Part shown: piece by piece, positions 13,424 to 49,854 of the stretch
Position numbering within the stretch: the stretch's first letter is position 1
Layout: every line of letters starts with the position of its first letter
Source of the DNA: Paraspadella gotoi
Taxonomy: Eukaryota > Animalia > Chaetognatha
Length of the DNA stretch: 64,000 nucleotides
Direction of reading: 5' to 3'
NCBI GenBank assembly: GCA_051294375.1
Contig: CM119270.1
Span: forward strand, 11,263,626-11,327,625
Translations under genes and position numbers: made by a program
The notes under the pieces: model-generated
Databases searched by the model: none
The model's input: only the letters and a program-made list of their open reading frames with translations
Told to the model about the DNA's origin: nothing

Positions 13424-14088
13424 TAAGTCTAAGTTAACAATTTTTTAACACTTTTTCGGGGAAAGGGTGAGTTTATTTTTTTTCGGGTAGCGCTTAGAAG
13501 TGGGAAAGGGGTGGTTCGAATTTCTCTGCTTATAATTCAGAAGAGGGAATGTGCCCTGCTTTAAAATTCCGTCTGAGATTCAGAGCGGAACGGCTTTGAT
13601 CTACTCCAAGCCGCAACAGACGGGATGGGAGAATGAGCCAGTGAGGATGCCAAGGGCGAGGCCACAGATGGAGTTAACGAGAACAGATTGATGGAAATAA
13701 ATCGGTGCAACAGATGGGGACGTTGAGCACAAGGACGAAGCGAACGGAATTTGTCCGGGTTAACGACACTAAAACTTTTGTTAGTAATCCCATTAATTCT
13801 CTTTCGTTAAAAATAGAACAAAAAATGTGGGAATGAAAAACATATATTAAATCGTAAAAAATAATATTTTTTTTTATGTTATTGTTTCATTTGCCCTGTT
13901 TAATTAAACGCAGTTTTTTGCATCATAGCAACGAACGAGACAAGAATCATGAATGAGTTGCTGTCATTTCGCCTAAAGCGACTCAAGAACTGAAGGGAAA
14001 AAACCCGATAACTAAACCAATAAAAAAAGCCAATAATAAAAACGAAACAAAAAAGAACTAAAAAGGAGAAAAAAGAAATTAATCCAAT

Positions 14089-36877
<22,789 letters not shown>

Positions 36878-37791
36878 GGATAAAATGAATGCTTTTATGT
36901 CAGTTAAGTGATGTGGCGCTCATATGAGCCTATAAGAATAATTGAATGTTTATGTTTGTTTGTTGGAATGCTACTCGATGTTAGAAAATACGACGAATCG
37001 CTTTTGTTTTTATTCTTTCTATTTAATCATTTAATGGTATTTCCGATGTTCCTGCCAGAGTGAGAGGACATTTATTATGAAGAATATTTGACCCCAATGA
37101 GTCAAAAACCAGTATTTGCTATGCATTATCTGTATGAAAAGTTGATAAACTTTCATGATGTTTGAACTAAAATTTACATTGTATTATTATTTTTGTATTT
37201 TTATTTAAATAAACTTGCTAACATAATTGTATTTTTACTTCTGAGAAGTTTATTTTAATTTTAACAGTTAGTCAAGTAGTTGGATATAGTGTCTAGAAGG
37301 TAAAAACTAATTAGTGAACAGAGCCTGTCCAAAGTTAGGGGCAAGATAGCTTATTAGATGAATGGATATTTTTATATTGGTTGTACCAATTTCATTGAGA
37401 TCTCCGTAAAGGCTAACTGCTTGTCTATGCTAAAAGGATAGGTGAAGTTACAATCTAAATTTAGTACTTTTTATTGAAAACAGCGAGAAACTGAGACTCC
37501 CATATTTCCTATTGGACAGAAAAAAAGTAAAGGATATCCCTAGGATAAAGAGTGAATAAACCTGATGTTTTCTGAATCATCTAAAACCTAAGGCGAAAAA
37601 TATCGCTATAGAAAGAAACGCACATATTTAACGTAATATCTTTCTATTCATTCTATGAAATCAGAACAGTCCGCTCCTTTATTACTCAGCTTTTATTTCA
37701 GTTCCTCCTAATACTTTATGGGAAGACCCGTATGTGAAATGCAAATGACGATGAATCACGGGCGAGACTTCATTTCACCCACACTCGGCAA

Positions 37792-40700
37792 TCAAACTTC
37801 GAAAACTTCCACCAAAACGAGGGAAGTTCCGAAGCTCTCCTCCCGCTTTTCATCAAGGGTGGCAACTGAGGGAGGGAAAATAGGATAAGGCAAGTTACGT
37901 TGATAGTGATTGATTGTAACAATCTATTAGGAGATCAATAAAGAGTGACGGCCTAACCTTAACATTTGAGATTGAAAGTTTGCAAGAGTGTTTTTATTAG
38001 ATTTTTGGCTTATCCGCTTATAATAATTAGCTTATCTTTCCGACCATTTCATCTACCCATCACTACCCATCTCGAGCATCAGTATTATCTATCCATCTCC
38101 TAATCCATCAACCGATCCTAATCCATCCATCCTTCGCCCTCGTCTGCCTACCTTCAATGATGTAATTCATGTCCGGGTCCATCATGTCCGAGGGGATGTT
38201 GCACTCCATCGCCGTCCCAGGCAGATGCTTCCTGAAGATGGGGTCTGTGCCGCAGTAGCACTCGTCGTCGTCGACGCAAGGGCCGCAGTCCGGCCCGCGT
38301 GGCTTTTGGGCTCCTTCGTAGACTGGCGGATAGACCACCACCACGTATACAGGGTGCGGGCCTGAGGAACAGGCAACGGGTGGATATAGAGTGAGTCAAC
38401 AAAATATATTTTTTATGCCCTCTATGGCCGTTAAAATTTAAATCCCTTTCATAAATCTTTTATGTATTTTCTCGCCCTTAAATATTTTTAGATCTTCTCG
38501 ATATTCTAGATCCCTCGCAATATTCCTAAATCAAAATGGGTGAATTTTTCTCATCGTCGCTCACCGGGCGGATGTGACCAGGAAACCTTGAACTCTTGCT
38601 TCGATATCTTGTCGACTCTGAGTTTCCTGATTTCTTGCGTATCTTCTTCTCCTTGTCTGCTCGCGGAGAAAAGAGAGTCGGGGAATGTTTGATAATTACT
38701 GAACCTGTTTAGAAGGTCGTTTTTGACGAGTTGAGAAAAAAAGGCAATTTCATAAAACTCGTCAGCCCTTTTGACGTAAATGATAATTTATAATGTGAGG
38801 GAAAATGACTAGACTGTGTGAAAGTTGCAGATCAAAATTCGAATAGTTGTTCATGAACAGTTTTGTACTAAAGAACATTGATATATAAGAAAAAAATAAT
38901 TTATCAATTTTTACATACGCCCATATTTATATATAATACTTACCATAGAAAACGTCAAAATTTAAAAATAGTNNNNNNNNNNATTTATCAATTTTTACCT
39001 ACGCCCATATTTATATATAATACTTACCATAGAAAACGTTAAAATTTAAAAATAGTTTGTTTTTAGTTTTGAAAGCAGATTCAAATTCCTCATAAAAAGT
39101 TGATAAAAGAAAATATAAGTCTTAATCAAAAATTCTTTCATTAAGTCAACTAAAAGTTAACAAAACTATATTTTTTTACTAAAATTAAATTATAGGTTAA
39201 CAATAAAAGTTTTTTACCAACTTAATGAAATGATTTTCTAAAAAAAAGTTATATTTCCTTTCATCAACTTTTTGTGAGGAATTCGAATCTGCTTTCAAAA
39301 ATAGAAAAAAAAACATTTTAAAATTTTAACATTTTCTATGGTGAGTACTATGTATAAATATGGGCTTATGCGAAAATTGAAAAATAAAAAATAAATTAAA
39401 GTACAAGCCTGTTCATGATCTAAATTTTGATTCTACTAGTTTTGAGTATTTTTCCTACGCTTTACTGACCATTAACGATCAACGTCTGCTCAGGGGGTAC
39501 AAGACACTTTAACATGCTATTTATACACTAACAGAAATAAAAACGACGACAAAATCAAGAAAAATTCCTTGGAGCCTTACGTATGAATTTAGGAAAATTA
39601 AATTTGGAGTGTTTTACAAAATGTCAAAACAACCCTGACATCCAAATCAACTCATACTCAGCAGTTTACGGATTCCAGATAAAGAACTAAAAGCATTTGA
39701 AAAACAAATAAATAAAGACAAACAAACAATGCCCACCCTACCTGTAGATGATCTTGAGATCGAGATCGGGCTGCACGGCCGACGTGGTGTACTCTATATC
39801 GGGATCGTCATCCTCGCACTCGTCTGTCTCCGGACAGAGGAGCCACTCGAGCAGCGAGGGACAATCTTCGTCGTCGTCGCAGTCGATGATGGGGACGAAT
39901 TCGTCGCAGCCCCACTCCGCGTCGACGTACCAATCCCACGGCGATTCGCCGCAGTCGTTGGGGTCGCGAGGAAAGGTGTCGCCGTCGCCGAAGCGTCGAG
40001 GGGGGACTTTGGAAAGGGAAGGGGGATGAGGGGAGAAACTAATGAATTAAAAATCAAACGAAATCAGTCAAACCAATTCACCTTTTCAGCCCCAAACCAC
40101 CCTTCGCTAAAAAAAAATGTTCGAGGTATTTTCCCACCTCACCCCAGCTTCCTTCCCTCCTTTCACCGCCCACGAAACTCACTAATGTCCGTGGTCTTGT
40201 CCGCCCCCAACTTGGCCTTCTCTCCGCCCGCGCATTGACACCCGGCGTTGAGATTCCAGTCCATCGCGTCGCGGTTCGACGACGACGACACCAGATCCGA
40301 CGGCGCCGCCGACGTCGTCGCCGCCGGCACGCGCCGCGTCGATTGGCGCTTCGAAGGCAACGACCCCGTCGACCCACGATTCATCGTCGTCTGCCGCGCG
40401 GGTTGCGTCGAGTGCGCCTGCTGCGCCGCCGAGATGGGCGTGCCTCGCTGCCACTTTGACGCCCGCTGGGTTGGAGGGCCCTGACGGGTCGGCATCGACG
40501 GCTGAGTGGGTACGAAGGTCGGCAGGGCGATGGGAGCGAGGCCATCGACGCGCTGTTCGGAAGAAGATGCTCCCGACCCTACAGCCGACGTGGTCGAGGC
40601 GGGCGCGGCGTTGTTGACGTTGCGCGCGTAGATTTGAGACATTCGGTTATTTGAGAGGCTGTAACTAAATAGAAGGAAGGAAGAAAGATACAATCCGATT

Positions 40701-41352
40701 TGTCGTTTGTTCAATCGACGATAATTTGTTTTTCTCTTGTTTTTCTTCAGTTAAACAACGGAATTAAATTAATTTTGTCATTATCATTTAAAAAAAAACA
40801 GTTTGAACCATAAAGATCAAGTGAAATAACTATACATCAGTCATTAAAATTCATGATTTGCCGAATACCGTATTTTTATCCATATCAGTTACAAATATGA
40901 TCGTAACCAGCTAAATATTGTCTGTTTATCGTTCATATCATCTCCCTGGCATTTACCTTATCACCCAATAGCCAATCACCTTGGACATCCCTTACCAGTA
41001 AGGCGTCTTCACCACAACGGGCGAGGGGACGTTTCTCTTCTCCGCCCTCGTCGCCTTCTCCGGATCTATCCTGGCGCCGCCCACTCGGATCTCTTTGGCG
41101 GAATCGCGCCGGTGCCAAGAGGCGCCGGAACCGCCAGGGCCGGCGGGAATCACGTTGCCAGTCGGCGTCACCACCATCGGCTGATAGAATCGGCCGCCGG
41201 TGCGGATGGCGCGTAATTGGCGACGATCGGGAGCGATGGTCGTCTGGCGCAGACACGAGGGTGCGGAGGCGGTGAAGTCGCTAGTTTTCTTATTTTTATA
41301 TTATGTGGCAGCATCGAAAGCGCCAACTTAAAAGCTAAACAACTCCAAGAAA

Positions 41353-41445
<93 letters not shown>

Positions 41446-42013
41446 ACAACATACACCTGGAAGTAAAAAGAGACTACTTTTTAAGAGACTAAATCATTTC
41501 TGTTCGAACCCTGGGTCGGCTACATCTCCTGCTACTATTTTCCATTTCTTTTTATTACTCTATTTCAGTGTATTTATCAATCCCCAGTTTAATTAAATTT
41601 AATTAATTGTAATTCTTATCTTTTCCTTAATTTTTCCTTTTTCCCTTTTTCTCTTTTTGCTCTCTTCCGCCTTTCCCACCTCCCCCCCCTCTCCACTCTA
41701 CCTTCGCCACCTTCCCCAACGCCGACGCCGATCCCCGCGAATCCCTCCGCGGCGCCCTCACGACGCCGTAGCTTCGTTTCGCCATCATTCTATTTTGCGG
41801 CGTCGGTGAATCTCGGGACAACGTTGCCGGGTACGAGGTTGACGACGACCAAGGCTCCGGCGACGACTCGTCCGGAACGCGGTTCTCCCGCAGCGGGTCG
41901 TCGGGTTCCATGGGAACGAGCGTGTCGTCGTCGTCGTCGTCCTCCATCTCCGCCGACCGGTCTGATCTTCGGGCGTTGTTGGCCGAGATACTCTCGCGGG
42001 AAAATCCGGACAT
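37792..42013 (-). CDS. Uncharacterised 574-aa protein: disordered N-terminus, acidic Cys/Trp-rich segment, C-terminal fibronectin type III domain
   Basis: Exons 42013-41702, 41243-40996, 40658-40183, 40006-39742, 38704-38565, 38361-38152 and 37865-37792 join with GT-AG into an unbroken 1725-nt frame. FN3 pattern: LRVDKISKQEFKVSWSHPP ... VYVVVVYP ... MDPDMNYIIEVATLDEKREES. Confidence 0.75.
38851..39418. mobile_element. Foldback/palindromic MITE-like element in intron
   Basis: Long imperfect inverted arms: TCATGAACAG...CTGTTCATGA; GCCCATATTTATA...TATAAATATGGGC; TTTTGAAAGCAGATTC...GAATCTGCTTTCAAAA. Centre is at about 39185. Confidence 0.7.
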
Positions 42014-42513
42014 AGTACGAAGGATAAACGAATAAATAAAAACAATATATGAGATAAAAAAAAATTAAAGAAGACTATTAGGTTGGGCGAAGGGTAAGAG
42101 CAAAAAATACCCGGAAATTTTTTTACTATTTTGTACTAAGATGTGATTTTCGGCCAACGACAAAGAGATAGAGAAGAAAATGTTTCAAATGTTGAAAATA
42201 AATTTTGCTTGTCTAAAAAGAAAGCTTCCCTACTATTGTTTTAGCCAATTAGCGAAAAAAAAAAGAATTCTTTTTTGAAAAGTGGAGGGAGACACAAGAT
42301 TAGCTGTTGAATTTAAATAAAACGATTTCATTCTTTACAAATTTAAAGAACATCCAGGACAGGAAACTTTATTCTCAAGAGACAAAGTTAGGAAATAAAT
42401 AAGACAAAATTTATTTCATGATAGTGATTTTAGAAAAAACAATACAGTACGACGGCACGATTTAACTTATTGAACATAGAATACGGTATGACACAAAGTA
42501 AAAAAAGATAGTA

Positions 42514-43137
42514 TTAACCACTGGTAACAAAAAGGCCTTTGTTCGTACAATAATTTCGACAGACGATCCAGGCGGCGACGGCCAAAGCGGCGCCCAACAG
42601 GCAGGTGGAGCAGAAGCAACCGCACCTGCCGAAGTTGCCCCACCTGTTGTTGCGCATCGGCTTGCCCGTCACCAGCTCCGCGTAGGCGGATCGTTTTTCG
42701 GGAAACCACCACATGGCCGACCAGAAGAGACAGGCGGGGACGACGAGCACGGTGACGGCGAAGGCGGAGGCCGCGCCAAGACTGCAGGCGGTTTTGGAGC
42801 AGGGCGTGGCATAAGCGAGTGGCCCGTGACCCGAGAGGGAAGAGGAATTGGCGGACCGATTGGAGGGATTGTCGGCGAAAGAGGCCCCGGTGGGAACGGA
42901 TGTGATGATGGCGCTCGTGGCGATGGAAAGTTCGCATGCTGGTGACGTGAGAATCGCCAGTAAAACGAAAAGGCGACAAGTAGCTTGTAATAAAGGACAA
43001 TTGACATTAAATTTTCTTTTTATTAATATTATTGTCGAACTTTTGGCTGAGCGAATTTTTTTCTCAACATAACAACAGAGCAAATTTCGTAGTTCGTACT
43101 AAAACAAATAAACTAATGTAAAAGGTTTCTTACCCAT
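42514..43137 (-). CDS. Small (157 aa) orphan membrane protein: signal peptide plus two TM helices, Cys-rich
   Basis: ATGG|gtaag (43137-43134) splices to caag|42983-42514. Protein reads MATCRLFVLLAILTSPAC..., with TM segments LGAASAFAVTVLVVPACLFWSAMWWF and CFCSTCLLGAALAVAAWIVC. GC-rich composition matches the other exons. Confidence 0.6.
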
Positions 43138-43646
43138 TTTAGTATTTTATCACGTTTTTTTCTTTTCTGTCATAATTTAATATTTCTTTTTACTTGAGCT
43201 TCGATTATAAGAAAATCACGGAATCATTTTGAAATCGAGTTTTTGAAAAAACTGGTCTTTTAGACTTTAAATTTGTCCTTGACTGACAAACTCATTTTTG
43301 AAGAAAAACGGGTTTTTTACCTTATTACTTTTATGAACTGGATTTATTAAAAGAAAGAAAAAAGCCAAAAAAGAAAGAAAAAAGAGAAAAATAAGGAAAA
43401 AAATAAATACGTATAAATGAGGCGAGATGGAAAAATAAAAAAGTTTTCACTTTAACTAAAAAGGCTGAACAGCCAAACGAGACAAGCGAGACAACCGTGA
43501 CAAGCTACTTGATTAAACCATTTCTTACGTTTATACCAATAGAAAATATGTTATTGTTAAAAACTATAAAAATTAGGTTGGCGGATATTGAACTTCTAAT
43601 CTCGGTGCAAAATTGTTGTGTCCAAATGAAACCGTTTTCCTCTCAC

Positions 43647-43748
43647 TATTGCACTAATTGTTATCAGTCAAACGCGTCAAAAAAATTATTCCTTATTTAA
43701 TAAGAATAATTTTTTTTGACGCTTTGACTGATAACAATTAGTGCAATA
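43647..43748. repeat. Near-perfect palindrome (~48-bp arms)
   Basis: TATTGCACTAATTGTTATCAGTCAAACGCGTCAAAAAAATTATT ... AATAATTTTTTTTGACGCTTTGACTGATAACAATTAGTGCAATA. Confidence 0.85.
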
Positions 43749-45417
43749 ATATTTTGTAGAATTTGTAAGCATGCTTGTAAAATCAGACAAGCAAATATTT
43801 AAGTTACAAAAAATTCACATTTTTTTTATCCAAAAAACTTTAAAGTTTTACTAGAGTACAATTTAGCCTTTTTTCTTTCAGAATCATTAAAAAGAATTAA
43901 ATTTTCATTTATTCTTATGGGGTGTCATTAGTTTTAAAATTAATTATAATTTTGACTTAGTTTGACACTCACCCTGTAAGGAGGTTCAGCATAAGTAATT
44001 CTAAAATTGTATCTTGTATGTGCCCTATGATTATGCTTCATTTTGGTACTATTACCATCCCTTTATCTTTATTCCTTCAAAAGATATTAGAAAAATCAGT
44101 TTTTTTTCTCAACCTTCCTTTTAATTTCTTTTAAATAAAAATTTCGCGATTCAAACCGGACTATTTCATTTAAACCTGATCATTTTATATCAAAATCATT
44201 ATAAAATGAAAAAAGAAAAATAGGACAAGCTCTTCAGACACAAAGCTATCAGAATCGCGAAATTCGAAATTGCTCATGTTACAGGAACATAGAGCAATCC
44301 CGTTTGCAATTTTAAGTTTGTAAACTTTCCCTTTCATTTCTATAGTAAAAATGAGGTTTGAAAATTCTCCGGAGATGAGTAGTGCTTTTCCCCTGGCTTG
44401 TTTGATATTAAATCCTTTATCAAATGCCATAAAACGAATAGGACAAGCCTTCAGATGTAACGCTCTCGGAATCGTGCGTTTTTACAAGTGTTTTTTAACC
44501 GAATTTCTGGCAAACGCGTTTGCAATTTGGGTAGTCAGATTTGAACGGAATTCTCTATTAGAAAAGATGTTAATTTTTTAAGCGAGATTCTCGTCTACTT
44601 ATTATTTTGTTTTGATATTTTTTGTGACATTCCTTCTTTTATTTTTATCCTCTATTCAGCCTGAATATTATTTTTCAACCTGAGGCGACTTACCACTATT
44701 TTTCAATTCTACAAGCCCAAAAAGCAGTATATTTTTTTTTCTCCTTTTTTCCAATTTGTTTTGGTAATAGATTTTTTTTAATAGCTTCTTAGTGTAAATT
44801 AAAATTCCAGTATATAGAAGTGGTTTCGTGTAATTTATTATATTTATAAATATAAATGTTTTTCAATGATGCAAAAAAAAAAATTTGCCGCTTTTCAAAA
44901 GTTAAATTATTTCCTAGGTCCAAACTAATTATAAACAAAGATCGAAATAATTTAGCACAATTTATATATAATACCTACAAAAAGTAAAAAGAAATGCCTT
45001 TTTACACGTAAAACGTTTTTCTTTTTCGAGTTCAAAATTAAATCATTTTGTAAGATGTAACATTTTTAAAGGCCTTTAAAGAGATAATGTTTTTTTTTAA
45101 TCGATAAATTCCTGTTGAAAATCAAAAATAAGGGAATACGGGAGAAAAATGGCCGGGGGGCGATTGTGAGAATCTGTTGACAAGCCCGAAGTTAATTGTC
45201 TCTCAGTCGATCCTTGATCTTTTTTGTTCTTTACGCTTCTTTTTCTCAAGTTACCTTGGAGAACGTCGATACATTTGTCTTCCTCTAAACGATTTTCTCT
45301 CTTTCATTCCTTCTCTGTTTATTGTAGTCGGCATTAAAAATTTTTTTATAATCCACCATTTAAATATAAAACAAAGAAGAGACAATTGTTTTCATAAAGA
45401 GAGGAAAAATATAAATT

Positions 45418-46350
45418 ATGGATAACAAAGACAAGAATTTGATTGGAAAAAAGTATATAGACACTGACGAGATTTGGAATAAAATCGGTCAATTTGGAAA
45501 GTTTCAATGGATATTTTATTTTGTGATTTGCCTGCAAAGGTAAGTCTCGCAAAGAAATATTTTCTACCGGCTTCACTTTCTATTCTATAATTTACTTAAA
45601 ACTTTATTAAATCAATCAGCATAACCTTCGCGACCCACAATCTGGCGTCGGTATATCTCGCGGCCGATCAAAAGTTCCATTGCATCTCTCCTTACAATAG
45701 TGCAAACCTAACAGGCGAAGACCACTGCTTCCTAAAGAACAATTCCACAGAGACAGAGGTACGGATTTATCTGTAGACGCGTACGCCGTACACTCTTGAA
45801 ATCGAAAAAAACTTTTACAGCTTGTTTCTTATTAATGAAAGAAATATATTTTAAAACTTTAATATTAAGGTCTTCGATTACTTTTGGATTTTATTCGGTT
45901 CTCATTTAAATTGTCCCTCATTTGTTTTGTTATGTCATTCAAAAATTTTTTTCTACGTTAAATTCAGTTAAAAAACGAATGTCTAAATTGGGTAAGTTTT
46001 AAATTTCAAATTTCAAATTTCAAACTAGTAAGTAAACTATTAGGTTAAAAAAATGAAGAAAAATTCTGAAGATTGAAAAGTCCTTTATAATGTTTTATAC
46101 AAAGAAGTATTAAATTTGACCTCCTGCTGCACTTTAAAACTCAGGAATTCTGCGACGCTTGGTTTTTTGCGGAGGATTTTCGAACCTCATCCATCACGTC
46201 CGAAGTGAGAACGATTGATACATAAAGGAGGGAGATGATGATGATCTTAAAACTTGGATGCCCGAGCTCTTAGGGCAATCTCCCAGGGCAATCATTTTTA
46301 TTACGGGAGAATTTTGCCTGCCGCACGAGCGGTCTAAGGGCATTAATACT

Positions 46351-46413
<63 letters not shown>

Positions 46414-49400
46414 TTGAGAGTGATGACAGCACTAATTGACAATATTAAAAATCTAGACACACGTATTCTAAAATAATAAAAAACGTTGTACTAAAATAAA
46501 TGTCTGGGGGAAACTGTTGAAGGACAAATGTGAACTCAAAATTAAAACATACGTAATTCGGAGAGCACGAATAATGAAGAAACAACAAGAAAAAAGAAGA
46601 AAACAAGAAAGAAGTTAAATTTACAGGATATGATTAAGAATAAATACGAAAAATGACAAAAGAAACAAATGCAATTCTTTACATGCATTTTTTTTTCTAG
46701 TGGAACATCGTGTGCGATCAGAAATGGCTCCGTTCCGTCATCCAAGCTGTCTACATGGGAGGTCTGGTTGTCGGCAGCTTCTTCATGGGAGACCTGGCGG
46801 ACAGGTGATGAAAATAAAACGACTGATAATAACTCCGACTTACCGCTGCGAGCTGCTTGGCAAAGTTAGAGCGATTGGAATTTCGTCCTGATTAATCATT
46901 TCCCAAAATCTGTTTTTTCTTTCTTTTCTCCCCCTTCCCTCTACCTTCTTCCACCTCCTTCTCACCCCTCACAGGTTTGGCCGTGTCCCCGTCATCTTCG
47001 GCTCATCCCTCCTCCTTTTCTCTTCCTCCATCGCCACCGTCGTCTGTCCCGAGATCGTCTCCTTCAGCGTCGTCCGCTTTCTCAGCGGAGTCTCTCTGGC
47101 GGGAGTGCACAACACCGCCTACGTCTGGAGTGAGTGAGGCCGGTGGTTTTTTTGTTGTCATTGGTGTTTTGATTGTTGCAGTGACAAAGACAAGATTTAA
47201 TTGGGAGACCTCAGGATTAAAAAGTCTATCAAGTCACTCAAATATCCCGAAGGAATACCGGGACAAAATGTAATTCTGAATTTTGAGCGATTTTTTTTTT
47301 AAGAGGTTGAAATTTTATATCGTGGTAAATTGTAACTTTAAAACATTTTCTTTAAAAAAAAAATAATAACATTAAATATACAAATTTATCAACCAAATTC
47401 AACATGCTATTCTCTTTCTATCCTTTTCTGATTAAAGTCTTGGAGATGGTCGGCACAGACTACCGCGCTATGGCGGCTCTCGGATCTGAACTCTTTTGGT
47501 CTTTGGGATTTCTCCTCCTGGCCGCATCCGGATTTCTCTTCAGGGATTGGGTCAGATTGCAATTGGTCATTGGAGTCCCCACCGTCTGCTTTATTCTCTA
47601 CCGATGGTGAGTTTGGTTCAAAGATTTTGAGCCTTAACTTGAATCACTGATCGGTGAATTAATTGTGAACTTTCGCGCGCGTTCACATCTCAGGATTCTC
47701 CCAGAGTCTCCTCGCTGGCTGATCACACAATCACGCTTCGATGAGGCGGACCACGTGTTTCGCAAAGCGGCGAGGATCAACGGGACGGTTTTGCCGGAGG
47801 AGCTCAACCTAAGGACAGTGGTAAAGTTGGAGATTTAGAACCTATTACCTCTTCTCTCTCCCTCTCTCTCTCTCTCTCTTCCCTATCACACGCTCCCTCT
47901 CGCTCTCTACTCAACAACAAACCAAGTACCAGCGTCCTTTTCCTCAGATTGGGAAGTTCTCAGCAATACTCCAATAATACCATGGCCAGAACTTTTCCTG
48001 TTAAGAAAGGATTAAGAAACCCAAAACATAATCATCAGAGTATGCATTTCTTAAATCTGAAATACGTTNNNNNNNNNNNNNNNNNNNNNNNNNNNNNNNN
48101 NNNNNNNNNNNNNNNNNNNNNNNNNNNNNNNNNNNNNNNNNNNNNNNNNNNNNNNNNNNNNNNNNNNNCTTACCTCAACTTTGCCTTTATGGGATTTGTT
48201 GAGGTTAGTATTTAGGTTTTTATCGTAACGTATTGTATGAAATTGCTAAAAATATAAAATTATCCATTCATTTAATAAATTGTATTGTAACATTGTATTA
48301 TTTGTCGTCTGTGAGGGTTCAGGCCCGTTTTTCTTAATCGACGTACAGCGACTTCAACCTGGACTGATACGAAAAAACTTGTAATATAATTAAAACGAAG
48401 AACATTCGGGTTATAAAATTTGTTTATACTAATTATTAGTAAAAAAATACTAGATTTTTTTTCACCAATTCGTAAGATAGTTGTAGGGTTATAAACATTT
48501 TCCTCATAGGGTAAATTTTTGAAGAAACATTTTTTACTTTAAAATTTTTAATTTGAAAGTGGATCTTATTAGCAATCCTTCAGTTCCCATTAAAACAATT
48601 TAATTTTTTTTCATGCTTTATTTTTATGATTAGTAACATACTGATACTGATACTGATACGGATACTTCACAATCAGGGTTAATAGTTGTTAAATTGTTAA
48701 AAACTTAAAATTTGGACAAAAAAAATGAAGAAAAGTGACTCCGCGCTTGAGAGCCACTGTGACTATACTATTAAAAGATTCGGATATTTTTTTAGGTCAA
48801 CATAAATATCAATTAGTTTTTTAACTAATAAATGTTATAAAAAATTATACAAAGAAAGAATTACGAGTTTAATCAAATCTTTTCGTATCGCTCTAGATTG
48901 AAGTCCCAGTACTAGTTGCATCCTAAATTCATTCATACCTTCAGATTCCTGGTTTCCTTTTCTGCCTCATGACTTTATGGAAAATAAAAAGGCGAACGAT
49001 TCTCTGCAGCAGTTTTGCCGCAACCGGCATCGTGCTGCTAATGCGACTCGTCATTCCCTTCATACCCATAGATCCAGAATATGGTAAGATTGATTTTTTT
49101 AAGAGACCTTTTGATATTTATTCGGGTTTTTATTTAGACTTTGTAAAAGGCTTTTGTAACATTGGAGCGAACAGGATACTCAAATCAAGCAGACATTTTT
49201 TTTTCGAATGTTGAGTTGCCAATGACGAATCTAAACATAAAACCCTCCCAACCATATCCCTTAATCGCTCATTCAAGCGGAAGTACTCCGCTCGTTGGAC
49301 ACGACCTGCGCCATGTTGGGCAAGATGACGGCCTCCGCCTCTTTCGCTACGATGTACGTCTACACGACGGAAGCCTATCCGACCGTGATTCGCTCCTTGG

Positions 49401-49854
49401 GTCTCGGTGGCACTTCCATGCTGGCACGTCTGGGTGGCATGCTCGCTCCCTTTATGGCGCAAATGGTATAATGTGTTTTTTATTTATTTCAGGTTCAGGT
49501 AATTCATGACGTTTATTTTTGCTTACAGACTTACAGACTGATAGACAAAATAGACAAAACGCAACTTAGTACATGAGTCACGCAGATTGCATAATACAAT
49601 AATGCCGTATGTGAAATATGAAAGGACAAAGGAAAGAAAATATTGATTTTTGTTTTCCATAACAGATGCAAGAACAACCAAATATACCCCCCGCGCTCTT
49701 CGGCTCCTGCTCTCTCCTTGCCTCTATGTTGCTCATTCTTTTGCCCGAGACTCGCGGGAGACCTCTGCCAGAATCCATCGAAGAAGGAGAGAATTTCGGA
49801 CTGGATGATGGAAAAACAAAAGAGCAAGGAGAAGATCAGTACCGTGATATTTGA
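45418..49854 (+). CDS. SLC22-family organic cation transporter (MFS)
   Basis: Exons: 45418-45539, 45620-45758, 46145-46204, 46701-46804, 46975-47129, 47438-47606, 47694-47820, ~47948-(noisy, gap)-48203, 48945-49083, 49278-49465, 49666-49854. Motifs: IGQFGKFQ, SITSEWNIVCD, GDLADRFGR, LPESPRWL, YTTEAYPTVIRSLG, LLPETRGRPLPESIEE. Confidence 0.92.

Noticed and set aside
13460-13770. GGTTCGAAT B-box-like motif and purine-rich block
   Set aside because: No cloverleaf, no convincing A box and no ORF.
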